Shown: positions 40,195-48,377 of the stretch, piece after piece
Position numbering within the stretch: position 1 is the stretch's first letter
Layout: each line of letters starts with the position of its first letter
DNA from: Bacilli bacterium
GTDB lineage: Bacteria; Bacillota_I; Bacilli_A; ML615J-28; CAG-698
Direction of reading: 5' to 3'
Length of the DNA stretch: 56,026 bases
Assembly (NCBI GenBank): GCA_016296945.1
Contig: JAEDHQ010000002.1
Location: forward strand, 1 to 56,026
Notes under the pieces: model-generated
Databases searched by the model: none
The model's input: the letters and a program-made list of their open reading frames with translations, nothing else
Told to the model about the DNA's origin: nothing
Made by a program: the position numbers and the translations under genes

Positions 40195-40279
40195 TGGTGG
40201 CGGGGAGTGGATTCGAACCACCGAACTCGGAGAGAGCGGATTTACAGTCCGCCGCGTTTAGCCACTTCGCTACCCAGCC
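40195..40279 (-). tRNA. tRNA-Tyr (anticodon GUA), long variable arm
   Basis: The reverse complement is GGCTGGGTAGCGAAGTGGCTAAACGCGGCGGACTGTAAATCCGC...GGTTCGAATCC...CCCCGCCACCA, closely resembling Bacillus tRNA-Tyr. It has one U4:C69 acceptor mismatch. Confidence 0.88.
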
Positions 40280-40294
40280 ACAAATTGCTCTATT

Positions 40295-40323
40295 ATTATA
40301 CTACATTAAAATAAAAATTGCAA
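40295..40323 (-). promoter_or_regulatory. Sigma-A promoter of the tRNA-Tyr/tRNA-Gln operon
   Basis: The minus strand reads TTGCAA, a 17-nt spacer, then TATAAT, ending about 15 nt upstream of the tRNA-Tyr 5' end. Confidence 0.65.
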
Positions 40324-40365
40324 GACTTTTTTTTAATTTTTTTCAATTTTTAAAAAAATCTTTTG

Positions 40366-40394
40366 TTGATATTATTAGCCATATGTGGTATAAT
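40366..40394 (+). promoter_or_regulatory. Extended -10 promoter of the lysyl-tRNA synthetase gene
   Basis: TTGATA, a 17-nt spacer, then TGgTATAAT. The leader to the ATG is only about 40 nt. Confidence 0.6.
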
Positions 40395-40435
40395 ACTATA
40401 AGTAAGAAATAAAAAGAATTATAGTGAGGTGGCTT

Positions 40436-42448
40436 ATGCATTGGGCAGAAGAGATTGCAAAGAAAATAATTGCACGTAATCCAAATAAAGAAGAATATGT
40501 TTGTGCAGCAGGGATTAGTCCATCAGGATCTATTCATATTGGGAACTTCCGTGATGTTGCTACAAGTTATTTTGTTTATAAAGCATTAATAAGAATGGGT
40601 AAAAAAGCTCGTTTTCTTTTCTCATGGGATGAATTTGATCGCACAAGAAAGATTCCTGTTAATGTTAGTAAAGTAAATAGTGATATGGAAAAATACATTG
40701 GTTATCCTTATGTTGATATTCCTAATCCTTTTAAAGATTCTGATTGTAAAACTTATGCGGAATATTTTGAAAAAGAATTTGAAGCATCAATTGGTCAATT
40801 TGGTATTGATATGGATTATCGCCATCAAGCAGAAATGTATCGTAGTGGAAAATATGCAAAATATGTTATTGAAGCATTACAAAAAAGAGGAGAAATATTT
40901 GACATTTTAGATAGTCATCGTACACAAGATGCCAAAGAAGGAGAAAGAGAAGCTTATTATCCTGTAAGTATCTATTGTCCTCATTGCCATCGTGATACAA
41001 CAACAATCACTGAATTAAGTGAAGATTGTACAAAAGCAAAATATCAATGTAAATGTGGTCATAGTGGGGAATTTGATTTCACAAAAGATTTCAACTGTAA
41101 GTTAGCTTGGAAGATTGACTGGCCAATGCGTTGGTTATATGAAAAAGTTGATTTTGAACCTGGTGGAAAAGATCATGCTAGTATTCATGGTAGTTATGAT
41201 ACTGCAAAAGATATTGCAAGAAAGATTTTTAACTTTGAACCTCCACTATTTCAAGGTTATGAATTCATTGGTATTCGGGGAACAACAGGTAAGATGTCTG
41301 GATCATCTGGATTGAATTTAACTCCAGAAACATTATTAAAATTATATCAACCAGAAGTATTATTATGGTTATACTCAAAAACAGAACCAAATAAAGCATT
41401 TGATTTTTGTTTTGATGATGGTATCTTACGTCAATATTTTGAATTTGATAAGATGTATGAAGCTTGTAAAAACAAGACTGCTGAAGATTATATGTATGAT
41501 GTTATGTACTATAGTCAAGTAGAAGGAAGAGAAATCCAAACTGTACCAATGGGATTATTAGTTCAATTAGGTTCAGTAGTTGACTTTAATAACGAAATGC
41601 TTGAAGTAGTATTTGAAAAGATTGGTACACCATATAAGAAAGAAGAATTTGCTGACAGAGTTGCCAGAGCGAAATTCTGGCTAGAAGAATGTTCTCCTGA
41701 AAGTGTTAATCGTTTACGTAAGAATCGTAATTGGGATGTTTATAATCAATTGAATGATTTAGAAAAACAAGAAATTAAAGAATTATATAATTATATCTCT
41801 AAAGGCGGATATACATTAGATGAACTTCAAGTTGAATTATATGCAATTCCAAAACGTGTTCGTGGTATTGTGGATGAAAGTAAAGAGTTAAAACAAATTC
41901 AAGGAGTATACTTTAAGAATGTTTATAAATTATTAATTGATAAAGAAAAAGGACCAAGATTATACTTATTCTTATATGCAATTAATCCAGAAGATTATAA
42001 GAAATTATTAGATTTTTCAACACCAGCAACACCTGAAGAATTAACAAAAGTTGAAGAGGTTGTAGAAGAAGTAAAAGTTGAAAAAGTATATGGTGAACCA
42101 GATCCAGTTGAACCAGTAAAAAAAGAAATCACAATCGATGAATTTTTAAAAGTTGATTTAAGAGTATGCAAGATTTTAAAAGCACAAGAAATAAGAAAAT
42201 CAGCCAATTGTTTAAAAATTACATTAGATGATGGTATTAAAGAAAGAGTAATTGTTTCAAGTATAAAGAATGATTATACTTGTGAAGAATTAATTGGTAA
42301 AAAGATCATTGTTGTTGCAAATTTACAACCTGCTCGTATCACTGGTGTAACTAGTGAAGGTATGTTATTAGCAGGAACAAATAATGCGTGTGGATGTCAA
42401 ATCATTTTTGTAGATGATATCGTTCCTGTAGGAACAATGATAAAATAA
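40436..42448 (+). CDS. lysK: Class I lysine--tRNA ligase fused to a C-terminal Trbp111/EMAPII-type tRNA-binding domain
   Basis: 'HWAEEIAKKI', 'SPSGSIHIGNFRD' (HIGH variant), 'DWPMRW', 'DFEPGGKDH' and 'KMSGSSG' (KMSKS) match class I LysRS. The last 106 aa ('DLRVCKILKAQE...ANLQPARITGVTSEGMLLA') match the OB-fold tRNA-binding domain of the MetRS C-terminus and CsaA. The ATG at 40436 follows GAGGTG. The track start at 40424 is a GTG inside the Shine-Dalgarno. Confidence 0.9.
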   Translation: MHWAEEIAKKIIARNPNKEEYVCAAGISPSGSIHIGNFRDVATSYFVYKALIRMGKKARFLFSWDEFDRTRKIPVNVSKVNSDMEKYIGYPYVDIPNPFKDSDCKTYAEYFEKEFEASIGQFGIDMDYRHQAEMYRSGKYAKYVIEALQKRGEIFDILDSHRTQDAKEGEREAYYPVSIYCPHCHRDTTTITELSEDCTKAKYQCKCGHSGEFDFTKDFNCKLAWKIDWPMRWLYEKVDFEPGGKDHASIHGSYDTAKDIARKIFNFEPPLFQGYEFIGIRGTTGKMSGSSGLNLTPETLLKLYQPEVLLWLYSKTEPNKAFDFCFDDGILRQYFEFDKMYEACKNKTAEDYMYDVMYYSQVEGREIQTVPMGLLVQLGSVVDFNNEMLEVVFEKIGTPYKKEEFADRVARAKFWLEECSPESVNRLRKNRNWDVYNQLNDLEKQEIKELYNYISKGGYTLDELQVELYAIPKRVRGIVDESKELKQIQGVYFKNVYKLLIDKEKGPRLYLFLYAINPEDYKKLLDFSTPATPEELTKVEEVVEEVKVEKVYGEPDPVEPVKKEITIDEFLKVDLRVCKILKAQEIRKSANCLKITLDDGIKERVIVSSIKNDYTCEELIGKKIIVVANLQPARITGVTSEGMLLAGTNNACGCQIIFVDDIVPVGTMIK

Positions 42449-42454
42449 AAAGTT

Positions 42455-42481
42455 AAAGTATGGTTTTCCATACTTTTTTTA
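42455..42481 (+). terminator. Terminator after lysK
   Basis: 9-bp stem aaagtatgg/ccatacttt with a TTTT loop, then a T-run. Confidence 0.8.
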
Positions 42482-43235
42482 ATATTAACTAAATAATAAG
42501 CTAAACTAGATTACTAGTTTATTTTATTATTGATGCTCTTTATGAAACAATTTGATTTATCAATCTAAAAACGTGTATACCATACTTTAGTATATTTGAT
42601 GCATTATAAAAATTATAAATTATGTGATTCATATAAAAAGGAAAATAGATGAAAAGCATATGACAATTGCCAAAGAAAAGATTATAAAATATTAAAGAGA
42701 AGTTACTATAATTTATAATTAATGAAGATTGCAATTTATGGATTTTGATAAAAATATTGTTTCATTATTGAAAAATAATATAAAAATGTTTTAAATATTT
42801 TATCTTCTAAATATATGATAATGACTTTATTAGTTAATAAAGGAAATAGAATATTATTAACAAACAATATTGGCTAGTCAATAAAATGAGGAGATTTATT
42901 ATCTAATTCTAAGATTTAGTATGTTTAGGATTAAAAAGTATTTTTTATTTTTTATTATGTCATGCAATGATATATTATTAAAAGATTATACTATTATATT
43001 ATTAGATGAAGGAAAAAACTATTAATAATAACTATTAATTCATTATATATAACTAATTGATGATATTATTTTTTAAAAGGTATGATAAATAATATATGGA
43101 AATATAAAAAAAGTATATTATTAGTATATATAAAATAAGTTCAATGAATTGTTGTTTATTAAACTTTTTTTTACATTTTTTTCTAATAAGAATATAATAT
43201 AATTAGTATAAAGATAAATTATATTAGGAGGTATA

Positions 43236-43865
43236 ATGTTAGCTTATTGGATTATTTATTCTGTTTATTGTTTTGTTCATCTAATATTTAGTTTTTTAGA
43301 AAAAGAAAAGCCTCGTAAAATTACAAAATTATTAATAATGCCATTATTAATATTAGGATTATTTCTTTTTGATGTAAAAAATTATTTTATCTATTTAGGA
43401 TTATTATTTGGGTGGATTGGAGATATTTATTTACTTAATAATAAGGAAAGAAAATATTTCGTAATTGGCACCATATGTTTTATCTTTGGACATATTGCGT
43501 ATATTCTTGAAGTAATGAGATTATATATCATTGATTATGGATTAAGTGATCAATTAATTCATTTTTTATTAATTATCCTAATCATAGCAATAATCCTCTT
43601 ATTCTTTGCTTATTTTAAAATGAAAAGAAAATTGGGAAAACTTGCTTATCTTGGTAGTACCTATTTTTCAATATTAATTGGTGGATTTGTTTTATCCTTT
43701 CTATTGCAAAAACCATTATTATCAATTGGCTTTGGATTTTTTATCATAAGTGATATCTTAATATCAGTATTTAGGTTTTATAAAAAACCGAAAAGAAGTC
43801 ATTTTTATATTATGATTACATATTTACTAGCACAAACATTAATTGCTTTAAGTTTTATTCTATAA
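43236..43865 (+). CDS. YhhN-family (lysoplasmalogenase-like) membrane protein
   Basis: Polytopic protein with 'GWIGDIYLL', 'FGHIAY' and 'FFIISDILI', the YhhN signature pattern. AGGAGG Shine-Dalgarno. Confidence 0.75.
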   Translation: MLAYWIIYSVYCFVHLIFSFLEKEKPRKITKLLIMPLLILGLFLFDVKNYFIYLGLLFGWIGDIYLLNNKERKYFVIGTICFIFGHIAYILEVMRLYIIDYGLSDQLIHFLLIILIIAIILLFFAYFKMKRKLGKLAYLGSTYFSILIGGFVLSFLLQKPLLSIGFGFFIISDILISVFRFYKKPKRSHFYIMITYLLAQTLIALSFIL

Positions 43866-43968
43866 TACTTTTTAATATATCATTTTTGATATAATGTGTT
43901 TCTAAATAAGCATTTCAGTTATTTTTTTTAAAATGTTATAATGATATTGTGAAAAAGGAGAATTGATT

Positions 43969-44733
43969 ATGAGATTAGAAAATAAAGTTGTTGTTATTAC
44001 GGGTAGTAATTCAGGTGTAGGCGCAGCTGCTGCTAAAATGGCTGCTTCTGAAGGTGCAAGTGTTGTTATTAGTGCAAGACGAGTTGAAGCATTACAAAAA
44101 GTTAAAGAAGAAATTGAAGCAATGGGTGGGAAAGTATTAAGTATTCCAACTGATATTTCTAAAATGGAAGATTGTGAAAAACTAATTGAAACAACAGTAA
44201 AAGAATTTGGAAAAATTGATGTATTAGTAAATAATGCTGGTGTGTTAGATAGTGGACTAAAAGCAATTGATAAATTTGCTAATGAAGATTTAGATAAAGT
44301 TGTAGAAATAAATGAAAAAGGCACAATGTATTGTATGCGTGCTGCTTTAAAATATATGAAGGAAGCTAAATCAGGATCAATTGTAAATGTTGCTTCTGTT
44401 GCTGGTACAAATGGTTGTGGTGGTGCTGCATATGTTGCAAGTAAAGCAGCAATCATAGGTATTACAAAACATGCTGCAATGTTAACTGCAGGTAAAGGTG
44501 TTCGCTGTAATGTTTTATGCCCAGGAAACATTTTAACTCCAATGACTGCAGGTATGGATTATTCAAATATGGATATGGAAATGTTTGGTGCAATGGCAAG
44601 TCACTCTGATATTAAAGGATGTCCATCTTGTCAAGCAGAAGATGTTGCCAAAGTAATTTTATTCTTAGCAAGTGATGATTCTAAACCAATTACAGGTCAA
44701 GCAATTGTTTGTGATTTTGGTGCTAACTTATAA
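43969..44733 (+). CDS. Short-chain dehydrogenase/reductase (SDR) family oxidoreductase
   Basis: 'VVVITGSNSGVG', 'NNAG' and catalytic 'YVASKAA'. The ATG at 43969 follows AAAGGAG. The track start at 43963 is a TTG. Confidence 0.9.
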   Translation: MRLENKVVVITGSNSGVGAAAAKMAASEGASVVISARRVEALQKVKEEIEAMGGKVLSIPTDISKMEDCEKLIETTVKEFGKIDVLVNNAGVLDSGLKAIDKFANEDLDKVVEINEKGTMYCMRAALKYMKEAKSGSIVNVASVAGTNGCGGAAYVASKAAIIGITKHAAMLTAGKGVRCNVLCPGNILTPMTAGMDYSNMDMEMFGAMASHSDIKGCPSCQAEDVAKVILFLASDDSKPITGQAIVCDFGANL

Positions 44734-44743
44734 AATTATTAAT

Positions 44744-44785
44744 AAAAAAAGAGATTTTATCATTGAGGTAAAATCTCTTTTTAGT
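44744..44785. terminator. Bidirectional terminator between the SDR and metal-binding lipoprotein genes
   Basis: 12-bp stem aaagagatttta/taaaatctcttt with a 9-nt loop, flanked by A- and T-runs. Confidence 0.8.
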
Positions 44786-44790
44786 TATTT

Positions 44791-45723
44791 TTAATAGTTA
44801 TTTAAAGCTTTAATTAAAACATCCAAATTATTTTCCATAACAGTAAAATAATCTTTCATTTTTTCTGTTTGGATTTCTAGATTATTTAAATACAGAATAC
44901 TAGGATTTAAACTAGGATTATTTTTATTTAATGTGTTGATGTATTGCGATACAAGTGATTGTTGTGCTTCATTTTCAGTTACAATTAAATACTTTAAATT
45001 ATGTTCTAATGCATAATCAACAATTTCACTAAACACTTTTGCATTAGGATCACTTGATTCATTATCAGAACGTAAGCTCATGCGGTCAAATTGATAACGA
45101 TATGACCAATAAGCATAAGCATCATGATCGACAATAATTGTTTTCTTTTTAGTGTCTGATAATTTTGAATCGAATTTAGTGGCTAACTCATTTAATCTAG
45201 TTTTTAAATCCTCAGCATTATGAGTAAATTCTTCACTATATTCTTTGAATTCATCAATTTCTAATAGAGAATCAAGAATATGTTGAACAACATGTTGCAT
45301 TTGAAATGGATCAAGCCAAATATGGGGATCATAGGCAGTATCACTAGTAGTATGTGGTGAGTTGCTTGTTAAGCCATCTTTTGTTACTAATAGTAAACTT
45401 TTACAAGAACTAACTTTTAAACATTTTACATTGGCAAAAGTAGTAGAAATTCCCTTTTCAATGAAAGGCTCTAACCCTAATCCAATATAAATAATCATTT
45501 TAGCTTCACTCATCTTAATTAGTGTTTTAGCAGTTGGTTCATAGTCATGCACTTCAGCATTACTAGGATAAGCAGATTTTACATTTAGTTTATCACCAAC
45601 AATTTGTTCAGTGAAAAACGTTAATGGATACACAGTTGTATAGATATCCACTTTTTCTTCTTCGCAACCAAAAAGCATAAAACTAATTATTATCATTAGT
45701 ATTGGCAATAATATTTTCTTCAT
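44791..45723 (-). CDS. Metal (Zn/Mn) ABC-transporter substrate-binding lipoprotein, ZnuA/TroA family
   Basis: Lipobox 'MLFGC', then 'EVHDYEPTAKTL', 'YIGLGLEPF', 'DPHIWLDP' and 'VDHDAYAYW'. Confidence 0.85.
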   Translation of the reverse strand: MKKILLPILMIIISFMLFGCEEEKVDIYTTVYPLTFFTEQIVGDKLNVKSAYPSNAEVHDYEPTAKTLIKMSEAKMIIYIGLGLEPFIEKGISTTFANVKCLKVSSCKSLLLVTKDGLTSNSPHTTSDTAYDPHIWLDPFQMQHVVQHILDSLLEIDEFKEYSEEFTHNAEDLKTRLNELATKFDSKLSDTKKKTIIVDHDAYAYWSYRYQFDRMSLRSDNESSDPNAKVFSEIVDYALEHNLKYLIVTENEAQQSLVSQYINTLNKNNPSLNPSILYLNNLEIQTEKMKDYFTVMENNLDVLIKALNNY

Positions 45724-46165
45724 TTTTAGTTTTCCTTTTTATTCTCATTTTTAAATTTTTGAATAATTTTATGTTTTTAAAAAAACAGAATAATTCAGAG
45801 GGGAGCAGTACTTTTTTTAAGAAAGGATTAATTTTATTTTTTATAAGATAAACAATAAAGTATAATCTAATGCGATGCTTTTTCGCAAGAAACTGATAAT
45901 AAATTATAACTCCTATGATAAAAAATAATACAGTATAAACCCTTATCTGATAATTAATGTTTTTTATAATATACTTTATAGTAATAAATACTATTAAAAA
46001 CCAATAACATAATTCAATTATATATTTAATAACTAAACTTTTAAAAGATTTCTTATTGCAAATTACATTATTAATTACATTTAATGAGTCATAAGTAATC
46101 CCTAAAAATAATCCAATGATAAAACAATGAATGATAATTAGAACTTGTTCGTATAAAGAAATCAT
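45683..46165 (-). CDS. yabQ: Spore cortex biosynthesis protein YabQ
   Basis: Membrane protein with 'FIIGLFLGITYDS'. It sits immediately after yabP with a 4-nt overlap, as in Bacillus. Confidence 0.75.
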   Translation of the reverse strand: MISLYEQVLIIIHCFIIGLFLGITYDSLNVINNVICNKKSFKSLVIKYIIELCYWFLIVFITIKYIIKNINYQIRVYTVLFFIIGVIIYYQFLAKKHRIRLYFIVYLIKNKINPFLKKVLLPSELFCFFKNIKLFKNLKMRIKRKTKNEENIIANTNDNN

Positions 46166-46434
46166 TTAAAAAGTTTTTGAATGAATCCTTTTTCCTTCTC
46201 TTTTTGACTTTTATTAGCATAAACTAAAGAATCAATATTACCAGTAATAAATATATTTCCTTTATCTACATCAAACATTTGCATTTCCAAGTTATTTCCT
46301 TTAATATTAAGAATTCCTAAAACTGTGTCTAGTTGAAACTCTAATGGATTTAAAGAAATAATCTTTTTTACACCAGAAATCTTTAAACTTTTACGATTTT
46401 CTAATGTTAATGTGTTTGTTAATATATCATTCAT
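46162..46434 (-). CDS. yabP: Sporulation protein YabP
   Basis: 'LTLENRKSLKISGVKKI....P..F.L.T..G.L.IKG..LEM' is the typical YabP pattern. GAGGTGA Shine-Dalgarno. Confidence 0.88.
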   Translation of the reverse strand: MNDILTNTLTLENRKSLKISGVKKIISLNPLEFQLDTVLGILNIKGNNLEMQMFDVDKGNIFITGNIDSLVYANKSQKEKEKGFIQKLFK

Positions 46435-46498
46435 CTTTTTTCACCTCATAAAAGTATATTCAAAAGGTAAAAAAATTATTAAAGATAAAAATTAAAAT

Positions 46499-47065
46499 TT
46501 AATTATTATAAGGATTAGTTGTGTCTTTTTTATTGATTTTTAATAATTCATCAAATTGTTTAAAAAAGTTTGAATACGTAATTGCTTTAAACCCATAACT
46601 TATATTATCAGGTTTAATTTCCATAATTTCACTTTCATTCATATAACGTAAAATAATTTCTGTGCCTGGATGGAAGATAACAACACGATAAATTTCTTTT
46701 GTACCATCCTTTTTTGGATTAAAACTTAAAAAAGGTTTAAGTTCATTTAAGTATCTTTTGTTAGGATAATTTCTTCCTTGTCTTTTCCCGCCAAATCTTA
46801 AACACCAAGTGTTTTTAGAATTAATAGTAACAGAAGAGTTGGACGGAATCTTACAAATAGCACAATACATAATAATCTTTTCATCTTCAATAATACAATC
46901 AAAACGATTGTCTTTAGTTTTTGAAAACTTTAAATTTTTTTGTTCACAAAAACTTTCTAACTCATCATAGAGAACTTTTTCTTTTAATTTATTAATTATA
47001 TAGGTTAAAAGAAAGCAAATAATTAAAGCAACAGCAATAAATATTAAATAATCTTGTAGTTCCAT
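46499..47065 (-). CDS. Hypothetical membrane-anchored protein (tentatively NERD-like)
   Basis: N-terminal TM helix. The segment 'FDCIIEDEKIIMYCAICK...SKNTWCLRFGGKRQGRNYPNKRYLNELKPFL' loosely follows the NERD pattern (D-hhh ... hhhxxK ... W ... NP..q), but the usual Glu is not evident. Confidence 0.4.
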   Translation of the reverse strand: MELQDYLIFIAVALIICFLLTYIINKLKEKVLYDELESFCEQKNLKFSKTKDNRFDCIIEDEKIIMYCAICKIPSNSSVTINSKNTWCLRFGGKRQGRNYPNKRYLNELKPFLSFNPKKDGTKEIYRVVIFHPGTEIILRYMNESEIMEIKPDNISYGFKAITYSNFFKQFDELLKINKKDTTNPYNN

Positions 47066-47067
47066 AA

Positions 47068-47616
47068 TTATCCAATTATTTCGATTTCTTCCGCAATTTG
47101 AGCAAAGATATCTTCAGTAGTAAGTATTTCAGTATGATTTGGAATGCATGATTCAATTACTTGATTAAAATTATCGATTACCTCATCATTCCACTCACCT
47201 TTTTCAATTATTAACTTTTCAATGTCTTTAGCAAGCGTTGATAATATGTTTTTGCGATGTGCTGATAAGTGCCCCTTTTCATCAAGACTTTCGCAGAAGT
47301 CATCGATATATAAAGCATAATGGATTAATAGTTCATATCGCTTGAACAAAAAATAATCCTTTTTAAAATAGTTTTCATAATATATTTTGATTTGTTCTAA
47401 TTGTTCGTGAAGATATTTAAATCCTGTTTCAAAAATTATTTCAAGATCAACAGCTTCATCACTTTCACCATTCTTTTTAAAGTATTCTACAATGTAATCA
47501 CAAACATAAATAACATCTTTTAAATGATAATGAAGAATTGAATTATTATCTTCTAAAACTTTTAAAAATTCTTTATGAGCATTTAAATAATTTTTATAGT
47601 CTTTACTTTGAATCAT
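47068..47616 (-). CDS. Hypothetical all-helical cytoplasmic protein
   Basis: 182-aa ORF, acidic, with no TM helix and no recognisable motif. It starts with a 1-nt overlap on the upstream gene and ends 2 nt before the downstream gene. Confidence 0.4.
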   Translation of the reverse strand: MIQSKDYKNYLNAHKEFLKVLEDNNSILHYHLKDVIYVCDYIVEYFKKNGESDEAVDLEIIFETGFKYLHEQLEQIKIYYENYFKKDYFLFKRYELLIHYALYIDDFCESLDEKGHLSAHRKNILSTLAKDIEKLIIEKGEWNDEVIDNFNQVIESCIPNHTEILTTEDIFAQIAEEIEIIG

Positions 47617-48206
47617 TATTTTCCCTTTCTTGCATTTTTGATTGCTTTTAATGTTTCTCGGTCTTTAATTTTATAAGGAGATCTTCCTTTTTTATCTTTC
47701 TTTAAATATGTTTCTAAAAGAATTCGTAACTCTTCTAATGTTCCTTGGATTAATCCACTTTTCGCAATTGTAAAAGCATCAGTATCTGTTATAAAGAAAT
47801 AGAATGCATCTTTTACTTCAATAACTTTTTGAATATTAACCCAATTGATAACCATTTTTTCATTTGTGGTTAATTCATGACGTAGGATTTTTTCTTTTGA
47901 TAATTCAACTTGTTCAATAGAATCTTTCCTTGCTTTATAATCTCTATTTGCTGATGTGTGAATATTAGTAAATGTGTAGAAAGGCACAAATATAATTCCA
48001 ATAATTGCGATTAGCCACATTAAAAAATTTGTGGAAGAATCTTCATCATCTTGAAAAAATCCAGTTACTAGCATAAATAATGCTACAATTCCAAAAATAG
48101 TAATGAAATACATTATAAATGAATTTCTTAACATATAATAACGATAGAAATTCTTATTTACTTTTTTGTCATAATTATTTTTAAATATTACTTTTAAAGC
48201 CGCCAT
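47616..48206 (-). CDS. YcxB-like membrane protein
   Basis: Two N-terminal TM helices, then a ~100-aa soluble domain ending '...W..I.KVIEVKDAFYFFI.....FTI.K' as in YcxB-like proteins. GGAGG Shine-Dalgarno. Confidence 0.55.
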   Translation of the reverse strand: MAALKVIFKNNYDKKVNKNFYRYYMLRNSFIMYFITIFGIVALFMLVTGFFQDDEDSSTNFLMWLIAIIGIIFVPFYTFTNIHTSANRDYKARKDSIEQVELSKEKILRHELTTNEKMVINWVNIQKVIEVKDAFYFFITDTDAFTIAKSGLIQGTLEELRILLETYLKKDKKGRSPYKIKDRETLKAIKNARKGK

Positions 48207-48377
48207 ATTTCCTCCAAATAAATAAATTTTATTATGTATGATAATTATATCAAATATTTCGTAAATAAAAAAGAGTATTTTATATTATCAATTATATAAT
48301 TATTGTCATAAAGGAAATCATTGATTTTATATTGTAAATTAGTAAATAAAGTATTATAATTTTTAAGAGGTGTAGTT

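Noticed and set aside
40194-40412. 72-aa plus-strand ORF
   Set aside because: Its first third is the antisense of tRNA-Tyr. The rest covers the divergent promoter region. It is spurious.
40289-40435. T-box or other leader regulating the lysyl-tRNA synthetase gene
   Set aside because: The promoter at 40366-40394 leaves only about 40 nt of leader. There is no Stem I/specifier, no T-box sequence, and no terminator/antiterminator.
40680-41315. Two out-of-frame plus-strand ORFs (40680-40910 and 41115-41315) inside lysK
   Set aside because: They are embedded in a strongly supported CDS in another frame and have no independent signals.
42540-42734. 64-aa minus-strand ORF in the AT-rich gap
   Set aside because: It has low-complexity Ile/Asn/Phe/Tyr composition, as expected by chance in AT-rich DNA. 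It has no Shine-Dalgarno and no motif.
43902-44531. 209-aa minus-strand ORF antisense to the SDR gene
   Set aside because: It is an Ala/Pro/Ser/Thr-rich mirror of a comparatively GC-rich, Ala/Gly-rich SDR coding sequence. The SDR frame carries all the family motifs. It is a shadow ORF.
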